From contig CM119270.1 of NCBI GenBank assembly GCA_051294375.1, forward strand, positions 7,280,564 through 7,344,563: a stretch of DNA of 64,000 bases. Reading direction: 5' to 3'. The DNA is from Paraspadella gotoi. Taxonomy: Eukaryota > Animalia > Chaetognatha. The position numbers and the translations under genes are program-made. Numbering within the stretch: the stretch's first letter is position 1; each line of letters begins with the position of its first letter. The notes beneath the pieces were generated by a model that was not told the DNA's origin, did not search any database, and saw only the letters and a list, made by a program, of their open reading frames with translations. Shown one piece after another: positions 1-11,066 of the stretch.

Positions 1-101
1 GTGGAGGCATATATTAAATTAAATTAAATGATTATTATTTTATTCCATCTCGTCTGCTTTGAATCATCGACTTAAAAAAAAATCGGGACCACCACACTGA
101 C

Positions 102-420
102 CTCTTCCTGTCCGCACGAACGTCGCGCCCTCTTCCGACACGTACATCAGGTGCACGTGCGGATCTAGCCAGGCGAAGGCGCGAGCATCCTCGAATCTGG
201 CGTGAGCGTGGATGACGTCGTCGAAGGGGTCGCCGACGCGCTGGCGCAGTTTGTGCCGCCAAAGGACGCGGCGCACCTCAACGCGGTCGTCGAGAAGGGA
301 GCCGTCAGAAAAATACGCCCATATTCGGCGCCAGAGAAGAAAAAGTTTTAGGATCGGGAGGAAAACGAAGAAGTGAAATAAAACGCGGAAGATGACGGAC
401 CAAGAATAACAGGCTGACAT
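102..420 (-). CDS. First coding exon of an unidentified gene continuing left out of the window
   Basis: ATG at 420, GC-rich ORF with a hydrophobic N-terminal anchor (VIFRVLFHFFVFLPILKLFLLW), AG|GTCAGT donor at 101; several CCAAT boxes (minus strand) at 1000-1030. Confidence 0.55.
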
Positions 421-1170
421 GGCGCTGATTTGACGACGAAAAAATATGCTTTTTTTAGTATTTATTTGATATTTTTTTTTTTATGGCACGGCGTTCGTAT
501 CCAGTAACTATAAGCTACTTTGATGGCATTTAAACTGTTGGCTCGATAAGAATTTCAAAGGCCAAGATTTAAGGGAGACTGGAAAAAGCAAAATCTTGTG
601 ACCGATATGCGATTCAGTTTGAAAACAGTTTTTAGGTCCCCAACAATTCCCGTTCACCCGCCCCCCTTCTCCCCCCCTCGCTCAACCGAATCAAATCGAG
701 TTAATTAAGTTAATTGAGTTAATTGAGCCTAACTTAGTAAAGTGGTTAAGAAATTTGAATTAAGCACCTGCTCAAACGAAAATTTAGACATTTTTTAAAA
801 AATTTGAATAGACAAAAAATTTTAATATCACTCCATACTCCATATATTACTTTTTTAATATTTATTTATAAATAGGAAAGGCTAAAATTTTACAAGCGAT
901 ACAAATTACAAGCGACGAGAAAATCATCGGATTCTGATTCGCTGATTCCTCGTCGAATTCACTCGTCAACTACGTCGAGCGCGACTTTATGAGCCTCTCA
1001 TTGGTCCGTTTCTCGTATCTGATTGGTTGGCGAAAGAAAGGCCTCGCCACGTCATATTTGGTTTCTTTTAGCCAGTTTTGAGTAACTTATCATTCGCGAA
1101 GAACCAGTTACAAAAAATCTTAAAATCTGAAAAGTATAATGATCTCGCCAGACATTACATCAAAGAAAAT

Positions 1171-1890
1171 TAATTTGCATATTACAGTAAATCATAATGA
1201 ACTGGAAATTCAACCAAAAAAATATTTGAATCGATATGAAACAAACAATGGACACACATTTCAACTTCCTCACTACCTCACTAATGGAACTTGATAACTA
1301 GATACAATAGCTGAACTCATTTTTTTTAATAAAAAAAATATATAATTTAAAGAAAGATAAAAAAATGTTTCAATTATTTACAATTAAAAATTTGTACAAT
1401 TTTTTTCAAATAAAAGTTGATGCGATAATCCTTTCTTTTCGTTGTTTTTAATTTTTTAGAAAGCAAAGTATTTTTTAAATTATTACAACGATTTTTTTAT
1501 TTTTTATTAAGAGACGGACATGTCAAATGCTGATGAAGGCTTGAAATCAACAAGCCGAAACATGTCCGTCTCTTAATAAAAAATAAAAAAATCGTTGTAA
1601 TAATTTAAAAAATACTATGCTTTCTCAAATAAAAGTTATAAAAGTATGTATTTTTATTCATATTAAAATTTATATATAGCTTCCCATCCAAAAGGTTTTT
1701 TAAAATCACATGTTTCATATTGATTCAAATATTTTTTTGTATGAATTTTCTTTTCAATATGATTTACTGCAAAATGCAAATTAGATTATTGTATTCTATA
1801 TACTAATTTTTATATTTTTAAAAGTAATTTGCATATTGCAGTAAATCATAATGAGAAAGAGAATTCAAACAAAAAATATTTGAATCCATA
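1171..1890. repeat. Foldback/MITE-like array of three ~70-bp related arms
   Basis: 1171-1243 and 1825-1890 are direct copies (taatttgcatatt.cagtaaatcataatga...aaaaaatatttgaatc.atat); 1711-1783 is the inverted copy. Confidence 0.7.
1519..1570 (+). ncRNA. Minimal hammerhead ribozyme (Penelope/retrozyme type) inside a long inverted repeat
   Basis: CTGATGA 1530-1536, stem II ggcttg/caagcc, GAAA 1557-1560, palindromic ACATGT then GTC cleavage triplet; flanking arms 1458-1523 and 1560-1625 are reverse complements with one mismatch. Confidence 0.8.
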
Positions 1891-2190
1891 TTTTAAAGAT
1901 GAGAAGCCATATCTAAACTTTTAACTTATTATGATCGCACACTTTTATGAAAATCCATTGTAATTTGTAGTAGTTTTTATTTTTAAAAAAATTGTAAGCC
2001 TAGACAAAACTATATCAGAGAAAAAGCGTGACGTTGACGATAACGACGACGACATTACAATGAAGCTGAGCCAAAACAAAATAAAAACAAAATAAAATAA
2101 AATAAAATAAAAAATTATTTACCTCAAAATAATTTCAATTCCCCTCAATTCGACTCAGTAATACCAATACAATTGATTAAGTTAGTTTCA

Positions 2191-2654
2191 CTACCAAACA
2201 ACTTTACCTTTAACGTAAACATCGGAAGGGCAGGCCCGCGGACTGGTAGGTGGCGAAACGATCGCTATATCGGGACATTTAAAAGTTGAGACGCGGTTGT
2301 ACGTCCGAGAGACGTCAAAATTGGACCGCGCGACGTCGTAAATATAATTTGCGACGTCGGGTTCGAAGTTTTTGACGTTGGAGTCGAAGGTCGGGAGGTG
2401 ACCTTCGGATCGACTGTGAATTCGCTCGAGTTTTCTCGATGATCCCATCGTTGATCCTACGATGGTCGCTGGAAGAAAGAGATTGATTGATTGATTAAAT
2501 TATTATATTTAACTATCAATCTATCTATCTATCTATCTACTTACTCTATCTATCTATCTTATCTATCTGTCTAATCGATCTATATATTTTTTTCATTTAT
2601 TATTATTAAAATTAAATAATTATTATTATTATTATTTTATTATTACTATTATTA

Positions 2655-2685
<31 letters not shown>

Positions 2686-5369
2686 TAATTTTTTTTAATT
2701 AATTAATTTTATTTATTTATTTATTTATAATTTTTTCTTTTTTCTTTTTTTTATTTTTTTTTTATTTTCTTTTTTTTATTTATTATTTATTATTTATTTA
2801 TTTATTTATTTATTATTTATTTATTTATTATTTTTTATTTTTTATTATTTATTTATTTATTTATTTATTTATTATTTTTTTATTTCTTTATTTATTTATT
2901 TCCTCACTTGCTTCCCTAAAGTCGTTGACGGCGTTTTCGAAGACGGCGCGTCGTTTAAAGGATACCGTCTCCGGTTCGTTCAAAACCGCAGACGCCGCCG
3001 GAGCAGCGTTCGTCTCGAGACGCAACGTCAACTTCTCCCTGGATCCGTTCGCGACTCCGTTCTCCTCCTCCGACGATTCGCCCTCCCCGCGGTTCGGCCA
3101 TTGTTGCTGCTGCTGCTGATGCTGCTGCGTTTCGACGTATCGCTGCGGTTCGACTGGTTCGTGCTGCGCGTCGAGTTCTAGCTGCAGCTCCGAGGTCGGC
3201 ATCTCGTCGATGACACGGAGCACTCCGGTATCCATGGCTGCGATGGGTCGACTAACAGCGAAGGACGTCACTGGCGCGGGGGTGGGGAGAGGGGGGTAGA
3301 AAAGAAAACCGATGAACCAAATATATATTAAAGAAATTACAGAAATTAAAGCAACAGTTTGATAAAAAAATAGGCCTTATTTTCCCTATTTTTCCGATTT
3401 CATCTTCAAAATCGGAATGGAGTTAGTTTTCAGTTGCAAAGATTAGGTTGGAGGTTAGAGTGACGGATTATGTTGGGGATTAGGATTTACGCTTAGGGGA
3501 TATGATTTGGAAAAATTAGTGCCAGATAACAATAACAATTTCATGTACATAATAACAGTAAGGTGCAAAAAAAAACAAAAAAAAAACGCGCCACTTTATA
3601 TCAGACTTTAAAAATCACCTTGTATATTTGCTTTTTTTTAAAAAAGTGAAAAAAAGATGGTCAAAAGATAAGGAGTTTTTTTTAACAATTGGGCTACCCA
3701 TTTGGAAGTAGTAATTTTTTAAAATGAATTACTCCACAACAAAGCTAAATATAACAAAAATAATATATTAAAAACTAATATTCTTTTTTCTAATATTTTG
3801 TATTCTTTAAAAAAAATAGCCAGTTCCCAAAATGACATTTTCAAAGTTATTAAAGAATGACATGTTAATGATTTTAAAGCATTCAAATAAAATTTAATTT
3901 TCGCTTCTTATTTTAAAACACAGTTTTAAAAAAGTCATATCTCTTAAACCACTTGACTAATTGAAAAAAAAATTATACATATAGATTCTTTTTTTTAAAT
4001 TTATATATTTTTTAAAAATATTCTTATAGAGCGTTTGGAATTTAAAGTTATAAAGTGGCGCATTTTTTGGTACCTGAGTATGTATAAATTGATTTATAAT
4101 CTGAATTTGGAACATTATTTTAAAAGTTATTTTTTTAAAACTTGTGCTTATAATCCAAATAAAAATTTCCATTCCTGGGAAATAGGTAGGCAGTAAATCG
4201 ATACAGCCCTGGACAAAAAAGACAGTGCGCTCACTTATGAGTTTGCTGATGGTTGACTTTTTCGCTTTCCTGTTCCTCCTCTCCCACTTGATTTGGTTTC
4301 CCCGTTTGAAATATTCGTTGATGTATTTTTGAGATTCGTTCATCTGATGATCCGCTTCAGTTTGATACAACGTCTTTACGACGAAGAGAGCGATACCGAT
4401 GCTGGAGTGAGGAATGTTACGGAGTATATTTTTAGTTTCGGACTTTATTGTATTATATTATATTATATTATATTATATTATATTATATTATATTATATTA
4501 TATTATATTATCTTTTCGTTGGGTTTGGAATTTAGGATCAAATGAAAGTATAAGTCAATTTCGCGCTGATGAAGGCTAACATATTAGCCGAAACATTTAC
4601 GTTTTATTTTGAAAATAAATAAATTTCGTTGTCTGCAAACAAAACAAAAACCTGTTTTTAGTTATTTTTAGTTATTAACAATGTCAACCTAATCGTGTTT
4701 TACGACAAACCTTTATTTAAATGGAGTTATTTGTCGTTCAAAGAAACAAACGACGTACGTTATAAAAGTATTTATTTACATTTTAAGGTCATCAACCTTT
4801 TCAGAATAACCAACTCCGTTAAAATTAAACGTCTTCTGAACACAAACATTTCAAGCCATCGCCGCAGCTTTTTAATCTTTCTCAAGTTTCCCTCTTTTTT
4901 CCTTTGAACTTCGGTTTGATCACGTGACCAACATTCTGATTCGTTTTTGCTTCAAATAAAAATATAATAGAATCAGGGACAAACCGTCACCTGCTTTTTT
5001 GATTCAAGATTTCGCTCCACTTATTTCCGACTTCCGGTTCTTTCCGTTTAACACTGTCCCTACGACCATCTAACTGCTCCAGCACCAGCTTCATCCCCAG
5101 CCCCAGACCCATCCCTCTCCACCGCATCCGCCGCACCTGTAAGTGAAGACGACGAGGATGATGTACATCGCGGCGCCTACCTCGTCGTGCACCTGACCCG
5201 GCACCGTGGCGTTGCGGTCTTCACCGCTGGCGTTAACGGCGGCGCCGGAGTCGGCGGCGGCGGGGGCGGCGCCGAAACCGACAACGCCGTTGGCGCCGAC
5301 GACGCTGATGACGCCTAAACAGGGCGCCGCTAGAGTCAAGGCCCGCGCGAGGGCGGCGTCGGTCGTCAT
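2191..5369 (-). CDS. Single-pass membrane protein, KCNE/MinK-like (4 exons, ~346 aa)
   Basis: Exons 5369-5137, 4401-4235, 3270-2908, 2468-2191 join in frame via GT-AG introns (1041 nt); N-glycosylation sequons NAS and NAT precede TM segment AAMYIILVVFTYSIGIALFVV; the family assignment is by-eye similarity only. Confidence 0.7.
3546..4084. mobile_element. Tc1/mariner-type MITE (degenerate copy)
   Basis: Terminal inverted repeats gtgcaaaaaa..cgcgccacttt / aaagtggcgcatttttt; same family as 56409-57079. Confidence 0.65.
4563..4602 (+). ncRNA. Second minimal hammerhead ribozyme copy
   Basis: gcgCTGATGAaggctaa-cata-ttagccGAAAcattTAcgt; stem II covaries relative to the 1530 copy; short stem I gcg/cgt. 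Confidence 0.65.
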
Positions 5370-5911
5370 GGCGCTGGAAGACGATGACGAAAACGACGAC
5401 GACGACGAAGAATTTGATGACCAAAACAAAAGGCACTAACTTAGTTGCAGTTCTTATTTTATTAATATTTTATTTGTTTTCGTTCTTTATTTTTTGATAA
5501 AGCTAACTTCTTTTTTAGAAAATCACACGTTTCGCTTTATATATTTTATGTATTTATCTTTAATAACGTCGATAGTTAATTTGGGACTTTATTCATCGCC
5601 GACTCGAACCGTAAACAAAAGGGTCTTCCATCCCGACGAAGATTTTTCGCTCAAGATTCAAGATGGCGACGGACGAGGCTCAGTCCGAGTTGATCGGTCG
5701 TCTTTCTCTTCATCCCTAAATTTGTCGTTGAGTTCGTCTTTAAATTTGCCGTTAGTCATGTTTGTCGAAAGTAATTATTGTTTGGTCTTGATGGCTCGGC
5801 GTTGAATGTTTTTTACGTTGTGGTGGTTAAATGTGGTCTTCGTGGATTTGGAATACAATACGTGTTAGACTTTTGGTTCTTTTACATACTGGGAGGAATA
5901 AATGGAAGAGG

Positions 5912-5958
<47 letters not shown>

Positions 5959-7245
5959 ATAGCTTTTCTTTTTTTGCCTCGATTAACAGCAAAGACAAGC
6001 AAAATCAAATGGCGAGGGAGTCATATTTTGCAACGCAATGATTAAGGAGAAGAAAGACTGAGAGTTGGAGGCGCTGCGAGAGAAAATGACGACCAGAATA
6101 AAAAAAAAAAACATTGCAAAATTCTACTAAATTACATAAAATGTTAAAAAATTTTTTAAAAAAACATTTCTTTATGAACTAAGGATCAGCGAAGTAGACT
6201 TTTCATGAAAGCTGACCGGTCCTAAATTTATCGACGTCAAAAACAACAGTGACAGGAAAATAACAAGATATAATCAGAATACGAAAACTCAAAAGGGAAA
6301 ATTATATTTAAAAAAAATCTCTAGCCATTGGCGTCGATTTGAAATAAAAATATTCCGATTTGTTGAAAACTCCTTTTATTTTGTATTCGTTATTTTTTTT
6401 TTTTTTTACTTAATTTTATTTATTTTCTTTTTTTTCCAGGGAAAGAAAAGAAGAATAAAAAGGAAACTGCGGTCGTTGTCTTCTTCGAAGGAAGGAGACC
6501 TTTCCCTGTCTTGAAGAGGGAGTTTGGTGGAGGAAAGAGGAGATGCGGGAGGAAGAGGAGGACTCGAGAGGAGAGAGAGGAAGCGTGGGTGGGGTCGGCT
6601 GGGGTGGGGCGAGGGGGGAGGAAGGGTAAGGCAAGTTCCATGGGCAACGATGTCATGTCGGCGGAGAAGAAAAGACACGAACGCTGAAAAAGACAAAAAA
6701 AAAAGAAATAATGATATACGCTGGCGATTGGAAGGAAGAGGAGGAGGAGGAGGAAGAGGAGGATAAAAAGGAGAAATAGAAGAGGGAGGAAGAGGAGAAG
6801 GAAAGGTAAGGTAGTGTTTAATATTGGTTGGAAAATAAAACAGGAAAAAAAAAAAAGAAAAGAGAGGAAGTTGCCCGGGAGAGTAAGAAGGAAGCCGAAA
6901 AGTTGTTAAAATGGAAGAGTAGGTTACGTCTGTAATAAGGGATAAGGTCCAGGGGGCCCGCGGCTTCAGTCTGACGGAGGTTTTTATGCAAAGGTAAGTT
7001 AGCCCATGAAAGATACAAGGTTAAGGGTAAGGGCGGTAAGGCGACACTCGGAATTTTGCCGTTTGTGTAGCGGCCAAAAATTTGACCGAGATTTCCTCAG
7101 ATCCGGGTCTGAGTTTCTCAAGTACTTTTTATAGTCCCCACATCCGGTTTGAACGGACGGACGGACCGGCTTTGCAAGAAGCTCGAAAGGTTTTAAAGGT
7201 TTTTTTATACGTAAGGAATATAAAGTGTGTTTTGCAAAAAAGAAA

Positions 7246-7320
<75 letters not shown>

Positions 7321-7356
7321 CTCTCTCTACTTCTCTCTCTCTCTCTCTCTCTCTCT
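7246..7356. repeat. (CT/GA)n microsatellite, representative of many in the window
   Basis: Similar tracts at 5917, 10770, 11035, 37600, 58925, 59560, 62400; (ATT)n at 13747 and 24715; (TTATA)n at 4452-4510. Confidence 0.95.
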
Positions 7357-8027
7357 ATCATTTTCTCTAAGTGTATGTTGTGGCGGTATATTCATATTCA
7401 CATCGTCGAGCGCGGTTATAGTTATGGTTGCCTCCGACAATAAAATACTCCAGGGAAGCATCACGCCAATTTTCAATGAACTAATTCTATCTATATTCAT
7501 TCGGTTATCATTTAGAATTAGACAATTATTAATCAAACATTGAGAAATTACAGAAATCTTAAAGATGGAATATATTTTAGTTTCATGCGTAGTGTAGAAA
7601 AACGTGAGCAATGGAGTGATTGAACGCTAATTCAAATTTGAATGACAAATAATGTTAAAAAATACACCGATGGCCTATTAAATTTTTTTCTTTACATTAT
7701 GATAATTGATGAAAAATGTTGATCATGGTAAAACTGAAATTAATCAATTAATAAAGAAGTAATAATGAAAATCATAATGTTTAACAAAATAAAATAACAT
7801 TATTTTCATTCAAAATTAAACAACAACGACAAAGAATTTATTGAAAACAATTCTCTCTTTTTTTTTTAACTTGCGAAACCAATTCAATCCATGTTTTATG
7901 TGTGTATAACTCTATATATTTTTATAACTTTTTTATCTCTTTTTTCTCTCTTCCTTCTTCTTCTTCTTCTCTTCCCTCTCCCTCTCCTTCCTCTTGAGCG
8001 ACGCCATCAGACGGTAAACGATGTAAA

Positions 8028-8549
8028 CTAAAAAAATTGGAAACAAAAGATGTCAATTCTCAAGAATAAAAAAATAGAACAGACAGATCGTATTTCCAAA
8101 TAAAATAACTGGTAATGAACGACATCACTGTATTTAATTGAATGAAACAATTGATAATAATTCACGATTTGAAGGGGTCGCAAATCTTGTTCACAAGTCA
8201 AAATGAGCTCACCGCAAATGAGGGCCAACGGCAACGCCCACAAAAACACATGATACAGTTCGCCGCCAAAGGTAATGCCGGCGATTTGTTGGCCGCCAGT
8301 TTGGCCGTTCTCTTTCATCATTTGGCGGACAAGGGCTGCGGCGACCGCCTGGAGAAGATAAAAGTCAATCAATGAATCTGTGACGCGTCGCTTCATCTCA
8401 GCCACGGCTAAGCGAGGCTCGAACCCGTAAATCTTGAGCCCCAAGGGTTCGTCATCGAGAGTCACCTCCATGCTGATGTTGTCTTTGTCGAAATCCAAGT
8501 TCATCCCTTTGAGAAGTTCCTGTATTCTCTCCATGTCGGGTTCGTCCAT
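8028..8549 (-). CDS. Probable small gene of unknown function, divergent from the QRICH2-like gene
   Basis: 173-aa ORF with coding-like GC content in 8190-8550; exon structure unresolved. Confidence 0.35.
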   Translation of the reverse strand: MDEPDMERIQELLKGMNLDFDKDNISMEVTLDDEPLGLKIYGFEPRLAVAEMKRRVTDSLIDFYLLQAVAAALVRQMMKENGQTGGQQIAGITFGGELYHVFLWALPLALICGELILTCEQDLRPLQIVNYYQLFHSIKYSDVVHYQLFYLEIRSVCSIFLFLRIDIFCFQFF

Positions 8550-9309
8550 ATTGAGGGGATTTTCTGTAAGGATTTTTCATTAAAATGACATTTAAACCTG
8601 AAAATGTTTTATTGACATCAATTGGTCTCACGATTAAAACCGATAGAAACAATGCTAGTAAAATAACAGATAAAAATAACTTTCCCCCCTCAAGATATCC
8701 TTAAACTCCATTGCTTTGTTTTAGAAGAAAATAATACCTGCCATAGTGAATGTGAAGAAAAAATTATGCTAGTTAAAAGTTTTTGATTAGCTACAAAATT
8801 ATGTTAAAAGTAAATACTGACGAGTAGTGTCTTTTTCAGTTCGATTAAAAAACAAAGAAATCTAGAATTTTGACTCTGAGAAATTATCAGGTGGGGCTAA
8901 GAATCGATTTCGATCGAATATTTAAGCGGTAAAAAGATTAGATTATTAACCATAGTAAACATTTTAATTAACAGCCACATAGTTTTAAGACTTTCTTTCC
9001 GTACGACTTTCTTACGTTAATCTCTAATTATTTATGTAATTATTCCAAAGAAGCAGGAGAGAGTTTTACAAAATTTTTGGACGTAACACTTAACTAAAAA
9101 TTCCATTTAAAATCCAACCTTACATTAGTTGGAAATTATCTCTGATTAATTTTAAAAAAATAAACTTTTCACTTTAACCTTATCTTATAAGATCTTCTAT
9201 TATCAAAGCACAAAATAACAATTTACAAATATCAAATGAACTTTAATTCGTTGCAAAACATTTTAAACTAATTAAAAAATTTAAAAGTTTTTTATTATAT
9301 AAAAAAACT

Positions 9310-9993
9310 ATGAATAAGACGGAGGTTCCGCTGTCGTTCGTGGTGGACATGGCGTTGGGATCCCCGGAGACGGGATGCTGCAACCTCAACCTCCTTCACG
9401 TCTGCATCACGAGGATAATCAAGACTTTGAAAGTGATGACTAAAGAGGAGAGCAAATGATCCGCTTCTCATTCGGACAACTAGACCAATTATATTCAATC
9501 AATCAATCAATCGTTAATCCAATCAGTCCTTTAAATCAATCAATCACTCTTGTAATCAACATAACAGTCGGTCGATCGGTCCATCCAATCAATCCAACCA
9601 ATCGGTCATTTCAATGAAATCGATTAATAACTCTTGTAATCAAACAAACGGTCAGAAAATGCTTACTATCGGTATCAGTCAGTCCAATAAATAAATCTAA
9701 TCGAATCTTCAATCCAATCAATCCAATCTATCGACTTTCCAGATCCAAGACGATCCCGTTTCCGCCTCGGAGATGGGCCTCCAGGACAATTTCGATTTCT
9801 ACAAAGAGACGAAGAATCGAACCAACGATATGTGGACGATGATGAAGATGAAGAAGGAAGTGCAGACTGGATTGGAAGGCGTCGACCGACTGTTCGAGAT
9901 ATTTTCCGACATGATTAACGGAGGTTATTTAATTAAAGTATTTGATTTAAAAAAATCATTGATTGATTGATTGGTTGATTGATTCATTGATTG

Positions 9994-10025
<32 letters not shown>

Positions 10026-10768
10026 CATGATTTATTGATCGATCAATCAAGTAATCTGACATTGAATGAACTAAGTGACAAAGATTGTTCTTAGTGAACT
10101 TTAAATGAATGACATGAAAAAATATTTAATGAATGAATGAAGTATCAATGTGTCATTAAATCGAGCAGATAATAAGCCCCAAATAATTGAATATTGAATA
10201 TTCGAACAGTACTTTCAAAAACTCCACCCTCCACAACGCCGTCAAACCCACAGAGACGAACGTGGTGACGTGGGGCGCCCTGGACGAGCATCTCCACATG
10301 GGCGAAGCGAAAACCCACGAGGAGCTGAAGAAGACTCTCCGCGATCTGAAGGACGCGAAAGATTTCTTCGGTGAAGACAAGGAGAAGATCAAAGATATCG
10401 AGAAGAAGGAGGAAGAGATAATGGAAAGAAAAAGGAGATTCGAGGAGCGGGATGATAGGTGGAGTTAATGATTAAAAAGTCTCTAAACGTGCCTCGCGTT
10501 TCGATCGTCAATCATTAGATATTCAATAGACCCAATTTAAACAATATCATATCATATCGTGTAATAATAATTATGATTTCTCGGAAATAGAGCCTCCCGA
10601 CGATCGATGCCCCGAATGTCCATCCGCAACATCTTTCCCGACGACGACGACGACGACGAAGCAGAAGAAGGATCCATCAGTCGGTTTGCGTCCGTCAGTC
10701 CGGCTCCGGATTCCGTCAAATCGGGACCGACGTCGTCGCCGGCGCCTCCTTCGGCGTCTCCGAAAGGT

Positions 10769-10823
<55 letters not shown>

Positions 10824-11030
10824 GGGCGGGAAGGGGAAGGTAGGGCGAAAATGTAATAGAGTCTTGCAAGGATCTGCTATGTCAGTATAAGAGTGATGGG
10901 GGCCTTAAACTGCCAAAGCCTGTCCAAAGTCAGGGGCAAGAAAACTTATTTATTTAATGAATTGGTTGTACCGATTTCATAGAGGTCACAAAGATCGCTA
11001 ATTACTTATTGGACGCAAACAGTAAACCAT

Positions 11031-11066
<36 letters not shown>

